Source of the DNA: Amoebidium appalachense
Taxonomy: Eukaryota; Protista; Ichthyosporea
Reading direction: 5' to 3'
Assembly: GCA_963693365.1 (NCBI GenBank)
Contig: CAVNZM010000017.1
Location: forward strand, 1,872,776-1,936,775
DNA: 64,000 bases
In this document: piece by piece, positions 11,933 through 24,667 of the stretch
Layout: each line of letters opens with the position of its first letter
How positions within the stretch are numbered: the stretch's first letter is position 1
The notes under the pieces: generated by a model
The model's database searches: none
What the model was told of the DNA's origin: nothing
What the model saw: the letters and a program-made list of their open reading frames with translations, nothing else
Program-made: the position numbers and the translations under genes

Positions 11933-14900
11933 CTATAATTTTGTAGTGATGTGTTTCTCAAGCCAATCAATACATCTAATAAACAGGTCGTAGTTACGCG
12001 TGTTTAGTATAAAATCAAGGATGTTGTAATTTACAGGTAGGCTATCTTTCTGGGTGTCTGTTGTGAATGTGACGTGTGTGTGTTGCGGTATTATGTGGTC
12101 TATCAAACTACATTTGGCGATACATGACCGGTTAAACTGGTGTGTGTGTGTGTTGTTTGGGCATGCAAATGATGCCACCTTATACTTATTAGATCTCCAC
12201 TGTATAGCACGTGTACAGTAAAAGCGTGGTAATTGATCAATAATACCATCAGCTAGAGAAAGACCAGTTCTACAGGAAGGTAATATGTATTTAGGTGTTA
12301 TACACTTGCGAGTGCCATATTTGGCAATATGGTTGAGGCGGTCAGTATATATAAAACGAGACATAAGGCTTAGTTTTTCAAGGTGTATGCTTTCATCGGG
12401 TCTAGTGTCGTGTGGTATCTTTTTCCATTTGTTATATTGCGTGATTATCTTGTGATTGTGTACATGTTTAATAAGTAAGTGGCAGTCCAAAGTCACACAC
12501 ACACTATTGCGGGGTTTATTTGTATTTGTGCCCAGGGGAGAAGGGGAGAGAGAGGGGAGGAAAGAGGGGAGAGGTGAGGAGGGGACAGGTCGGATAGAGA
12601 AGAGAGGGTGGGAGGGCAAATACTTCTTTAAGCGGCTTATGTGCTTATTGAATTTCAGCGCGAGATAGGATACTCTAGCAGCTATTGGGACCAGACCATA
12701 TATCGAGAGCGTTACAGGCCCAGGTTTACAACAGTTGTTAGATAGAAAGGAGGCAACTTCTGCTTCAAGGAAATTTGCCAAGGGTTTAAGCGCTCTAGTT
12801 CTCTCTTTCTTGATCCAAGCGGCGAGAAGGGGTAAACCATATTCACATGCCGGGAAGACAAAAGTGCGAATAAATGTAAGTCTAATAGAAGGATGGAGGG
12901 GTGTGTCTTTAAAAATATTAGCCGAGAAGAAAGCTAACCGCTTACGAGCCAACTCTACCCTCTTTTCGACCATATGGGGAAACATAACACCAACAGAATC
13001 AACCGGAACACCAAGATATTTGTATTCTGGAACTATAGGTACAGGTTTAGATGATAATGTAAATGTGTGTAAATTGTTAGCTATATCAGGTACAAGAACA
13101 CCACATTTGTCTATGTTAAGGATCATAAGGTTTGCCTTGCACCACTCTGACACTACATCGAACAATCTTTGCAGGCGTCTAGGGGTACGGGCAAGGAGGG
13201 ACAGATCATCAGCATAGAGAAGTGCAGGCGGAAAGTTATTAATAGGGTCATCGTTTTCGGCGTAAATCTTGACAGCCAAATCATCTATAAATAGGTTAAA
13301 CAAAAAGGGGCTAAGCAATGAACCCTGCAAGAGACCTCTAGTACGAGCAAAACCATATGAAAGATGCCCATTAACCACAGCTCTACCATAGGTTTGAGAC
13401 AAGAGTGCTTCTAACAGAACACCAATGCAGTGTGGTACACCCCGTGCAGCAAGCTTTTCCCATAGGAGACCAGGGGAGACAGAATCGTAAGCAGTTTTCC
13501 AATCAATAAAGCCAACATATTGTGCACCAACTTGCATAGAATCGTGCAGTGCCATTATTTGAACATAACATGAATTGTTTTTACGAAAAGCGGATTGGCA
13601 TGGGTGTATGTGAAGAATAGATTGAAACCTAGGGTGATGTGCAAATAACCTAAGTAAGCAAGCTTCAAAGAATCTACGAACAACCTGGGTTAGTGTAATG
13701 GGGCGAAAGGATGATATGGGGCCCTCAGAGTCCTTCTTAACTATGGGGATCACTAAGGTATCTAACCAAGATGACGGGACATGTCCACATTTAACACACC
13801 AAGAAAAGAGAGAGCTTAACATGATAGTAAGATCAGGTTTAATAGCACGATCACTTTCCTTTTGTGGGTAGGAGGGAACAAGGATTTTAAGAAACCCAGC
13901 AGGGAGTCCATCAGGTCCACAAGACTTACTAGAGCTATAACTAGATATCACAGACCATATGGCATCGGGACTGAAAAAGGGGAGGATCGATTCTATGGGG
14001 ATAGATGGGTCTACAGGCCACACAATAGGTTTCTGAGCGGGGGTCCTATCTTTAAACAGTTCCGAGAAATACTTATCAGAGTCTATGAGGGGGTCTCCAG
14101 TGGTATCACCAATAATACGAGCAGGGGGGCCAAATCGATTCATACTAGCAAGCCGGCGCAAGCTTTCCTTTTGAGACAGGGGTTCACCTAGTCTAGCGGG
14201 AGTGGTGTTTGGTAACAAGAGAGCATCGGGATATTCCTTCCTACCACCGCCAGCATAATCACCGAGATCTATCAAATCATCAACAATAAAGTTAGTGCAT
14301 GTATCTAGTACGAGATGTGAATCTGGCCTGGCTTGTGCAGATTCTAATAGGCGCATATATATAGGGTGTTTCGTAGCATAGCATACACATACATCAACTC
14401 TACCCCACTGTGACTTAAGCTGGGATAGACGGAGGCGAAAGGTGGGAGGGGGAGGGGGGAGCAGATCAAGGGAGATCTTAGGTAGGAAAAGGATAGGAGA
14501 GTGGTCAGATGACCTAGAGAGGTTAGGAGGGAGAGAGAGTTTTGACATGGTTGATGGCCAAAAGGCCACTCCCCAGTCGGTGTTGTGGGCATGGGATATT
14601 TGAGGGAACCGCAAAGTGTGACTTTGGACATACCTTGCTAAAGGGATAGCACGCTCCGGGGGCTTAGATGGGTACCCGACACTCACTTGCAGTGTGTCTG
14701 TGTGGTGGAGTCGCGTGTTAAAATCACCTAAAATAACAGTGGACATTGGTAACTGTGACAACTCGTGAGTCAATTCGACAACCGACATAGATGGTGGGTA
14801 ATATACAAAAGTAAAAACATTAGAAAGAAACTCTATAGAAACCGAGAATTCCGTTTTTGCTACCGGTTTGCACTTCACTCTCACGTGTGGTGCGGCAAGT

Positions 14901-15241
14901 ACAATAATGCCTCGGTTTTTCGCGTAACCGGGGTGTGTGGATGTGTCGACCAATGTAGAGTTGAATTTGTGGTGGTTTTTAAACTGTGTTTCGCAAATCA
15001 CTGTAAACGTGTGGTTGTTTGTCTGTTGTTGTATGTAGCTGATTTTATCGTCGAGTGTCCCGGGGGGGGAGGCCCTTTTGGGGGCCCAGTGTCCGAGCAT
15101 TCCAGAAGAAGAAGGATAAATTAGGCATCGGTTTGGTCCGACACCTGTGGGGTTGGTTCCCACTTGTCGCTTACGGGGTCGTATGCACGACCTTCCGCCA
15201 GCGCGAACAGTTCGCAGAAGAGCTCGATTTCCATCTCGCAT
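11933..15241 (-). CDS. LINE ORF2: APE-type endonuclease + reverse transcriptase
   Basis: 1102-aa ORF. APE motifs: ICETQF, VYYPP, ILGDFN, SDHSPI. RT motifs: KSCGPDG, FRPITL, QSAFR, FIDWKTAYDSV, RGLLQGSLLSPFLFNLFIDDL, LLYADDL, YKYLGV. Cys/His-rich C-terminus. An alternative start ATG lies at 15100, just after the ORF1 stop. Confidence 0.95.
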   Translation of the reverse strand: MRDGNRALLRTVRAGGRSCIRPRKRQVGTNPTGVGPNRCLIYPSSSGMLGHWAPKRASPPGTLDDKISYIQQQTNNHTFTVICETQFKNHHKFNSTLVDTSTHPGYAKNRGIIVLAAPHVRVKCKPVAKTEFSVSIEFLSNVFTFVYYPPSMSVVELTHELSQLPMSTVILGDFNTRLHHTDTLQVSVGYPSKPPERAIPLARYVQSHTLRFPQISHAHNTDWGVAFWPSTMSKLSLPPNLSRSSDHSPILFLPKISLDLLPPPPPTFRLRLSQLKSQWGRVDVCVCYATKHPIYMRLLESAQARPDSHLVLDTCTNFIVDDLIDLGDYAGGGRKEYPDALLLPNTTPARLGEPLSQKESLRRLASMNRFGPPARIIGDTTGDPLIDSDKYFSELFKDRTPAQKPIVWPVDPSIPIESILPFFSPDAIWSVISSYSSSKSCGPDGLPAGFLKILVPSYPQKESDRAIKPDLTIMLSSLFSWCVKCGHVPSSWLDTLVIPIVKKDSEGPISSFRPITLTQVVRRFFEACLLRLFAHHPRFQSILHIHPCQSAFRKNNSCYVQIMALHDSMQVGAQYVGFIDWKTAYDSVSPGLLWEKLAARGVPHCIGVLLEALLSQTYGRAVVNGHLSYGFARTRGLLQGSLLSPFLFNLFIDDLAVKIYAENDDPINNFPPALLYADDLSLLARTPRRLQRLFDVVSEWCKANLMILNIDKCGVLVPDIANNLHTFTLSSKPVPIVPEYKYLGVPVDSVGVMFPHMVEKRVELARKRLAFFSANIFKDTPLHPSIRLTFIRTFVFPACEYGLPLLAAWIKKERTRALKPLANFLEAEVASFLSNNCCKPGPVTLSIYGLVPIAARVSYLALKFNKHISRLKKYLPSHPLFSIRPVPSSPLPSFLPSLSPSPLGTNTNKPRNSVCVTLDCHLLIKHVHNHKIITQYNKWKKIPHDTRPDESIHLEKLSLMSRFIYTDRLNHIAKYGTRKCITPKYILPSCRTGLSLADGIIDQLPRFYCTRAIQWRSNKYKVASFACPNNTHTHQFNRSCIAKCSLIDHIIPQHTHVTFTTDTQKDSLPVNYNILDFILNTRNYDLFIRCIDWLEKHITTKL

Positions 15242-16305
15242 CGGCGTTTGCGCTCGAGCAGTTTCTCACCAGAAAACATTGGTTCCTTCGTGTCCGTGTC
15301 TATCACGCTCGTAGCATCGTTTTCCAACTTTGCGAGGAACTCTTTTGCCTTGCTGATGCGTACACGACAACGTGTGGCGCACGCATTCTTAGCAGACACT
15401 TTACGTTCTTTGTCTGCTTTCTGAATGTTTTCCGGCGCGCATGGGTCGTAGCTTGGGAGGTGGGTGAAGAAGCTTCCACACCCCTTTGTCGCGTCACGGA
15501 TGAACGCACGGTTATAGTCGCCCCGTACTGCTACTTCCAGCACATCGTATCCAATGAAGGACAGACAAAGGATGCGAGAGCACCGGAAGCCGAGAGCCTT
15601 GAAGATGGACCACATGGCCCTGTGTGGGCGTCTGCCGTGCTTGACTTTGAAATACACCCTCTCGTATTTGGGTGGGATGTTGATGTTACCGTTTGCTTGG
15701 GTGTTCCCCTTAGCCGGCGGTTTGGGAGGGGAGTTGCGGCGGTACTCGTTGCCTGCAAGAATGCTGGCATATGTTTCCTTGGCAATTTGGCGGAGCTCGG
15801 GTGTTTTACGAGAGTTCGCATATTCTAGGAACTCTGCCGGGAGCTGTGCTTCCGGTCCTGTGTTGTTTTGTGTTGGGGTGGAAATGTCTCCGTCGCGAGA
15901 TGTTTGCTCATGAGTTTTGGGGTTTTGCGATCCACTAATGTTTAGCTGGGCTGTGAGTGAATCAATGGTGAGCTTGAGTTGGGTATTTTCTGTTTGGAGT
16001 TTTTCTATCATGTTCTTGAGTGGTAACAGCTCATTTAGCTGTTTCTTAACGAGGGCAAGTTCTGCCAGTACTGTATCAACCGAAAGTTTCGGCATGGTTG
16101 TTATTGTGTTTCTACGGAGTGGTGTGGTGTTATTCTGAATGGGTAGTGTATTGTAAATAGGTGTTGCGCTTAGTCTAAGGCGATGTTTTTCTGGTTGTGC
16201 ATCTGTGGTAGGTGTATCTGCTGGACGTTTTAATGGTCGCACATGTGTGATGGGTGTAGATGGAACTTTGAAAGAGGTTCTGAAACGATTATAGGCATGT
16301 GCCAT
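15121..16305 (-). CDS. LINE ORF1 (putative coiled-coil nucleic-acid-binding protein)
   Basis: 394-aa ORF directly upstream of ORF2 on the same strand, with a heptad-like segment (LAELALVKKQLNELLPLKNMIEKLQTENTQLKLTIDSL) and a basic C-terminal half. No canonical CCHC knuckle seen. Function inferred from position. Confidence 0.85.
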   Translation of the reverse strand: MAHAYNRFRTSFKVPSTPITHVRPLKRPADTPTTDAQPEKHRLRLSATPIYNTLPIQNNTTPLRRNTITTMPKLSVDTVLAELALVKKQLNELLPLKNMIEKLQTENTQLKLTIDSLTAQLNISGSQNPKTHEQTSRDGDISTPTQNNTGPEAQLPAEFLEYANSRKTPELRQIAKETYASILAGNEYRRNSPPKPPAKGNTQANGNINIPPKYERVYFKVKHGRRPHRAMWSIFKALGFRCSRILCLSFIGYDVLEVAVRGDYNRAFIRDATKGCGSFFTHLPSYDPCAPENIQKADKERKVSAKNACATRCRVRISKAKEFLAKLENDATSVIDTDTKEPMFSGEKLLERKRRCEMEIELFCELFALAEGRAYDPVSDKWEPTPQVSDQTDA

Positions 16306-17674
16306 GACATGGATGGGGGTGTTCCCCGGCCCTTAGGGCCACGGATGGCCTGGTTTAGGGGTGGATGCGCGAAGGATACTATTTATTAGCAGATAATAAA
16401 GAGCGACATTTGAATCGATGTGTGCGACTGAATCGATGTGTGCGGGCGTCAAATGACACTGGGGGCCTTGATTTGGCCGTTAACGTTGGGCTACGTATTG
16501 CGGCAATGTCTACAGCAATACTGAGCGCCCGGAGGGGCTGTATATTGATGCTCTTTACATGGGTTATTTTCTTTATTTACGGTTTCCTTTTTTAAAATTC
16601 TGGGCTGCCCCTACATGATGAAAAACAAGAACACCGGCGGTGGCGCCGATGCGCGTCTCGCGGCCGACGTCGCGAGTCTCGCGACTCTGTCTGGCAAAAG
16701 GAATGTGGTCTTTACAACGAATCGCCGTTTCACACAGACTACAATATGAAATAAGGGTCATGCTAACATGCTGATTTCGAACTAATCATAATCCGTATAC
16801 TGAAGTGATAAATGCTTCTTGAGATAGAGTTTTCCTTATTTGGGAGAAAGAATGTGAAATGGTATGTGTTCGGAAGGCTGCCGACTGTGCCGTGGCCGAG
16901 TCTCGAGTTCAAAGAATCCCTTGTCAGTGCCGGTGGACACGGCGTCTTCAGGGCTGTTCGCTTGGCGAAAAGTTTTTGTTTTTCTACGTGTGACTAGAGC
17001 TTACGCCCGACCAAAAGAAAATTTGCTCAAGTTTAATATCAGACGTTAGAAGTAGCAGGAGTGCGTGGTTGTGCACCGTAGACTCTGGGACCTTCTTCAA
17101 GTTATTCCTCTTTCCCGATTGAGAAATCCAGAACTGAAACCATAGTGCCTAGTGTTTCACTCTCGAGCATCCGAAAGCCGGTTTGGGATTCTCTTGCAGT
17201 TGGCCGCTGTAAACCTGGAGGACTTGGTTTTCTGCTGAACGGTGACTGCTAACAGGTTGGCGAGACCCTTCATCCCAAGCTTGACATTCCTCTCTCATGT
17301 CGGTCCCTCCCCAACCAAGCTTCCATCATAAATAGTCTGCACGAGAGCTTATCCTATCTTTGAGCTAAGGCCTCATTTTTGCGTTTGCATACGGGTAGCA
17401 GGTGGTTAGCTACAGATACGCCATCACCGTTAGGGTAAGAAGTTTTGTTGGGGGGACACACATTATTCAAGTTCCACAAACATACGATAACCGTGACACA
17501 TCATACACATTCACATCCAACAGTGCACGACAAATATAACTCCTCCCTTTCACACTTGCTATGCAGGTACAAGCACACACACAAGCACGCCGTACATACA
17601 GACACGTGTGTAAACCAACACACACACGCGCGCGCGCGCGCGCGCGCGCGCGAGCACACACACACACACTCGCG

Positions 17675-17721
<47 letters not shown>

Positions 17722-18157
17722 CACTAGTTCAGACGCATCACACACGTGCACAAACGTGTGTTGTTGCGTGTGGCACACAAGCACGTGAACACACGTACTT
17801 TCGGCTTACCTCCGGTTTTCTTCTCCGTACCTTACCAAAAAAGCGTTGATAGCGTTGATACACGATATTTGATCATTCCCCTTCAGCCATACCTTGTTTC
17901 TACGAAGTCACCAGGTCGAAATCCAGTTTGCTGGATTAGATATCTTATGCCCTGCCATTGTTCCCAAGTCTCTCATCCACCCACGTTTTGTACCAACCCG
18001 CGCATGCTTTCCCTAACGTAGATTCCTTCAAGCGCAATCACTAGTCAGCTCTTTTTTGGTCCCTCCAGGGATAAAGGTGCAGCTTTTCTACGTAGCGTTT
18101 TCCAGTGATGTTTCTGATACTAATCATCTCTATGTTTTCCAGAAAAAAGAAGCAAAA

Positions 18158-18858
18158 ATGGGGATCGAGGAGCTTGTAACGTCGGGGGTGCTTGAGCAGC
18201 GGTTTGATGTTGGGCCTGTTATTGGTCAGGTAGGAATAGTGCCTGTTGAAAGCCCCCCCCCCCCCCCCCCCCCCTCAAACACCACCCCCTCCCCCCTCCC
18301 TCTTCAAACCCAACCCCCTCACCACCCTCCCCGCACACCCAACCCCTCCCCAACGCCCTTTTGCCCCGTTCACCGCAGCCTTCTCCTCTTGTCCTGGACG
18401 CCCCGCCCCCCCTTCCACCCTGGTCGCTTCTCTCGTACCCCTTCCCCTCCCCTTCCCCCTCCCCCTCCCTTTCCCCCATCTCCCTTTCCCTTTTCTCTTT
18501 CCTCTACCATCCCCTCCCCCCCCCCCCCTCCCCTCGCGCTCCCATCCCCCCAAACCCCACCCCCCACCCCCCAATACACTCACACGAGCCTATTTTTCAT
18601 GTACATTCTTCTTCATATATAAAGGCACATGTGTGCTTAACCGCACAATGATGGACGGTGTGTATGTGTGTGTGTGTTTATGGATGTGTGTGTGTGTGGG
18701 GGGGGGGGGGGGGGGGGGGGGGGGAGAGGAGAGGAGGTCGGGTTGGTGGTGGTGGTGATAGCACCGGTGCCAGTGTTGTGAGAGACATGAAGGCGCCCCG
18801 TAGGGGGGGGGTGGAGGTGGGGGAGACAGGCGGGGAGGTGTGTGTGTGTGTGTGTGTG

Positions 18859-18892
<34 letters not shown>

Positions 18893-19296
18893 GCACGTGA
18901 GTATATTCCTACTTTTTTTATTTGTTTTATAAAAACTTTTTTTCTATATATACTTCTCTCATAAGTGAAAGAAGCTTTCATCTCACATTTTTTGTATAGG
19001 GGGCCTATTCGACTGTCCGCCTTGCCACAGAAAAGGGCACCAAAAAGAAGGTGGCAATTAAATACATCGAAAAAGCCCGCGCATTTGGGGTATGTGTCCT
19101 GTTTCTGCTCTCATTTTTCTGTTTTTTCTACTTTTTTCACAGTTTTGTTAATGCTGGTTGTGAAATCGGTGTGAGAAAGGGCTGTATTGTGTTACTGTGG
19201 TGTGGTGGGAAAATGGTGACCGGGAAGCAGGAAAGAGACGGGAGTCAAACACCTCCCCCCCCTCCCCCCCCCCCCCCCCTTCTCCCCCTCCTATTC

Positions 19297-19327
<31 letters not shown>

Positions 19328-20003
19328 ACACACACTCACACAAACACACACACTTACACAAACACTCACAGAGTGGTGAGTGAATTTCTTCTGAGGTGTA
19401 ATACTTTTGGTGGGATGGGGAGGGTGAAGAGTGGGAGGGTCTGCGGGCAGGGTGGGGCGAGAGAGTGTGTTTGTGCGCTCACGTGCACGTGCAGGGGGGG
19501 AAGGGCGGGAGGGGGGGGGGGGGGGAGGGGGGAAGGAAGGGAGGGGGAGGGAGGGAGGGAGAGAGAGAGAGAGAGAGGGAGAGAGAGAGAGAGAGATGTG
19601 GGGACGGAGGGGGGGAGAGGAGAGTGGTTGTTAGGGAGGGGGGATAGGGAGAAAGAAAGAGAGGAACTGAAGACGGAGGGATCCGGGGGGGGGGGGGGGG
19701 GGGGGGCGGGGCGCGACGGCGGGCAGGGGGGGGGGATGAGGGGGGGGGGGGAGGGGGTGAAGATAAAGGGAAAAGCATTTTGTTTTTCCAGGCGATTGAC
19801 TGGTTAGTGTTTTTTTTTTTTGCCCAGGACATGAATCTTGAGACTGAGTGCCGCTTGCTGCGTGACCTTGGGAGGCACCCAAACATCAACGCCTTTCTAG
19901 GACTGTATGTGAACAGCAAGTACTACATGATTGTGCTGGAGTACATGCAGGGAGGTAGGTTATGCTCTCTTCTCTCCCTCTCCCCCCCTCCCCCCCCCCC
20001 TTT

Positions 20004-20076
<73 letters not shown>

Positions 20077-20844
20077 CTCCCCTCCCCCTCCTCTGCCCCC
20101 CCCCCCCCCCCCCTCCCCTCTCCCCCTTCCCCCCTTTCTCCCCTCTCAACTCCCCCCCCCCCCCCCTCCCCCCTCCCCTTGCACCCCTCCATCTTACCAT
20201 TTCCCTTCTTACCCCTCCCCAACCTGTCACCGCTCCTCCCGCCAGCATACACATGCGCTTATGCACATTCTCGACCGACCCCCCCCCCCCCCCCCCCCCC
20301 CCTCTTCCTCAAGCATCCCCTCCCCCCTCCCCTCCCCCCCCCCCCATATGCATACCATTGTCTGTTCACCCCTCTGCAACTATTGATACTCCCTGCTCAT
20401 CACCAGCAACAACTACCCTCTGTTCCTATGTCCCTGATCCTACAGTGGAATCCTTTCTAACTCTTTCTTCAACCCTTTCACTAAACACTGACCGTGTGTT
20501 TAACCCGTCAGGGGAGCTTCTGGACATTCTGATCCGGAGAGTGGAGAGCAACAGCACACCCTATAGTGAGGCTCAGGTGGCTGTGATCATGAGGTATGTA
20601 GCAACAATAATCAGTAAATTTCCTTGTGTTTGTGTGTGTGTTTTTTTTTTTTTTTTTTTTTTTTGGGGGGGGGGGGGGTTCTTGGATCAGGATATACTTT
20701 CTAGGCAATTCATCCCTCCCCCCTCCCCCTCTCCCCCCTTTCTCCCCGCGCCCGCCAGCCCCCTCCCACGCCCCTTACTCATCAGATATGTGCACATACG
20801 CACACGCACGCACGCACGCACGCACACACACACGTACGCGCGCA

Positions 20845-20877
<33 letters not shown>

Positions 20878-21311
20878 CACACACACACACATGCACACAC
20901 GCGCGCACGCACACAAAGAGACACACGAGCCCATCTATCAATCTATGCCTCAACCTACTTTGCTTGCTGTTGTTTTCCAAGACACACACACTTTCTCCCC
21001 CCCCCCCCCCCCCCCCCCCCTTCCCCTTGCTCTTTCTCCTTCGCTCGCTCGCTCGCTTGCTTGCTGGCTGGCTAGCTCCCCCCCCCCCCCCCCCCCCCTC
21101 CCCCCCTCCCCCCCTGTTCCCCCCCTGTTCTCACCGTCCGCCTCTCACTCTCCCCCTCTGCCGCTCCCCTCTCTCCCCCTCTCCATCCGTCTCTCCATGT
21201 TTCCTTGCCTGCCTCCCTCCCTCTCTCCCTCCCTCTCTTCCTCCCGCTCTCCCTCCATTCTCTCTCTCTCTTTCTCTCTCTCTCTCGCTCTCTCTCTCTC
21301 TTCACCCCCTC

Positions 21312-21363
<52 letters not shown>

Positions 21364-21799
21364 TGGTTCTCTGGTTCTCTTTCGCTCTCTCTCTCTCTCT
21401 CTCCCCCGTCCCCCAATCCCCATCCCCTATTCATTCACCCACTCACATGTCCCTTTTTCCTGACATAAGTTTCTCATCTACTCATGCTCACACATATACC
21501 CCCCCCCCTCCCCCCCCCCTCACACACTCTCTCTCTTCTCTCTCCCCTTGCCCCCTCCCCTCTCCCCCTCCTTCCCCCCGTCCCCCCTTCTCCCCCCCTT
21601 CTCCTCGTCCTCCCCCCAACCCCCTCCTCCCCCCCTCCCCCCACCCCATCCCTTCAGGCAAATTGTAGCGGCAGTTGAACACTGCCACAAGCACAACATT
21701 ATCCACCGGGACCTCAAACCTGAGAACATCCTCGTTAGTGACGAGGTTTCCCTCGGTTCTGTCAACAGCATGTTCAATGCTCCCATCAAGGTTTTCCCC

Positions 21800-21831
<32 letters not shown>

Positions 21832-22437
21832 GCCCACCCCCCTTCCCCCCACACCTCCCCCTCTCTCTCCCCCTAACCTCGCGACCTCCTTGCATTCCCC
21901 CCCCCCCCCCCCCCCCCCCCCCTTGGGTCCTCCCTGAGGATGGGCTCTGCTTATGACGCATACTGTGCACATGGCTGATGTTGCATACTTGAATGTTTGC
22001 CTTTGCATGGGTCCTGCACCATGCTTCTCGTCGTGTATGCGTACTTCGTACCGTGTTCCGCATTCAAACCCCCCCCCCCCCCCCCCCCCCCCCCACCACC
22101 ACCACCACCACTACCCCTTCTCCCTCCTTCCTCCCCGCTCTCCGTCCTCTCGTTGTTCTCGAATGATGATGCTTTAGGCGTCCCTCCTTTCGTCTGTTTT
22201 GTCTGTTAAATATTCTTTGTCCCACCTCTCCTCACGCTCCCCAAACACACACCACTGCCACCACCACCACACAAACATGGTCAGTTAAACTCATACCCAG
22301 TCTCCTTTTCCCTCCCTCCGTCTTCTTCTCATTCCACTGCCCCTCCTCCCCCCTTCCCCCCCTCCCCCCACATCCTTTTTCCCGTGGCCCCACTCATACA
22401 CAGCCTCGATCTCTCTATCCATCTCACTCTTACTCCG

Positions 22438-22474
<37 letters not shown>

Positions 22475-22562
22475 CCCGCCCTGCCTTAATACACGCACCC
22501 GCAAGCACCAACAACTTATTCTCTCCTGTGGCCCATCGTTCCGGGGAGTAAACACATTCATG

Positions 22563-22602
<40 letters not shown>

Positions 22603-22606
22603 TACG

Positions 22607-22685
<79 letters not shown>

Positions 22686-22688
22686 ATG

Positions 22689-22736
<48 letters not shown>

Positions 22737-23107
22737 TGTAGAGAAGCAAGAATCATGTCCGTTATGTTTTTTCCCCAAGCATCTTGTTTCTGTTTCTCAC
22801 GCATGCCATGTTGGTACCGAAACTCAGGTTGCAGACTTTGGCCTAGCATGTGAGATCCAGCCCGGGCAAAAGCTTCGGCCAACATGCGGCACCCCAAACT
22901 ACATGGCTCCAGGTGTGGCCCCCTTTACCTGCATAAACAGATTTACGTGAAATTTCATGAGATTCCATCGGTAGATTGCACGGCTATGCATAATAAGGTC
23001 TTGATTCAGAAATATGGGTACGTGTAGTCCTGTGCAAAGAGAAAAACGGCCACTGTGAGCATGTTTACAGACTATGTTACCGTAGTATCCTTTTTTGTTG
23101 CCCTTGT

Positions 23108-23149
<42 letters not shown>

Positions 23150-23256
23150 GGGGGGAGGAAAGGGATTCCACCCACCTGAATGTTGGTTCCATTTGTGTGT
23201 ATGCCCGGGCTCTTTTCACGGACTTTTCAAATATTGGAATGGGGGCTATGTATGCG

Positions 23257-23294
<38 letters not shown>

Positions 23295-24387
23295 CGCACG
23301 CACACAGACACACACATACGCACACACGCACACACGGGCGTGCAGACGTCTGCCCTTCTTTCCCCCCTTTGCACGCCTCACTCTCCGTGTATGTTTCCGG
23401 CATCACACACACGGTTCAACACAAGGATGAAGCGTGCCACCTGACTTGAATGCTTGAGTGTTTGGGTATGGGTGCTTGTGTGTTGTGTGTGTGTGTGTAG
23501 GGAGAGGGGGGAGGGGAGGGGGGGGGGGGGGGGGGGGGAGAAGGGGGTGGGTGATAATGACAGCTGTGATAAAATGATTTGGGGGGGGGGGGGGGGGGGG
23601 TAAGTATTGAAAAATCACAAAACGAAAGATGTTTGCACAAGAGGAACCTTACACAAGAGAATCAAGTGATGAGTTCGTGAGCAGAGTGTTATCAATTTCT
23701 GCAAAAATAGAAAGGAAGTGTTTTAAAATGGTCACGGGCCCAATGAAATTGTGCAGAGTCTAACCTTGTTTGGTGTGCCTGCAGAACGTCTTTCCAGGAA
23801 GCCGTACGATTGCGCTTCTGATATCTGGAGTATTGGGGTGAGTGGTGGCTGATTTCCAGTGTCCCCTCTTGCCCGATAATATAGGGGGACAGCTAGATTT
23901 CCCCCTATTCTCATTAATTAAAAAATGTAGGCGCTACACCATATACGACGATTTATTATCTAAACTGATGCGTTCACATATTAATACACCTCGCTTATTG
24001 ATACAATTTTGGCAAAAAAACGGGGGCTTATCAATACACTTGGGACACCTGTACAATGGATGGATGACGCACAGCAATATTACACCTACACACCGTTTAC
24101 CATACTCAGGATACCAAAACCGGTGGGCACGTAGGGAGATTTTGTTAGGTGAAAGAATGACAAATACGCATGCACGTGCGTGTACGCGCTCTCGTGAACA
24201 CATTTGCACAAATACAAGAATATACAAGCACATACCCATACATACACAGACACACACACACACGTGCACACACACGCGCACATACACGCACCCACCCACA
24301 TGCCCACCCACATCCAACCCCGACCCCCCCAATCCCCCCCCCCTCTTCCCTCCTACCCACATGTACGCACGTTCACTCACGCACACG

Positions 24388-24439
<52 letters not shown>

Positions 24440-24620
24440 TAAACACACAAGCAAACGCACTCACACCCACACATACACGCACACACACACACACACACTG
24501 ACTCCAACCCCCCCCCCCCCTCCCCCCCCCCCCCCCCCCCCACATCACACACACACATACCAGGAGAAAAAGGAAACCCCCGGCCAAACCCGATCGCTGA
24601 CCTTTTCCCCTTCCACATCC

Positions 24621-24667
<47 letters not shown>

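Larger units (their letters stand above)
11775..16370 (-). mobile_element. Full-length non-LTR retrotransposon (LINE, APE endonuclease + RT), two ORFs, poly(A) tail
   Basis: ORF1 (16305-15121) and ORF2 (15241-11933) are uninterrupted. A short 3' UTR with (CA)n is followed by a 45-nt poly(A) (T run 11775-11819 on +). The 5' boundary is approximate and no exact target-site duplication was found. Confidence 0.92.

Noticed and set aside
15055-15828. 257-aa plus-strand ORF and other antisense ORFs over the LINE
   Set aside because: Antisense shadows of ORF1/ORF2 with no recognisable motifs.
16316-16330. Target-site duplication of the LINE (GGGGGTGTTCCCCG vs GGGGTTCCCCG next to the tail)
   Set aside because: Not an exact match, and it would leave only about 10 nt of 5' UTR.
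16890-16925. tRNA-like A/B boxes (GTGGCCGAGT..GAGTTCAAA)
   Set aside because: Boxes are too close together and no cloverleaf can be formed.
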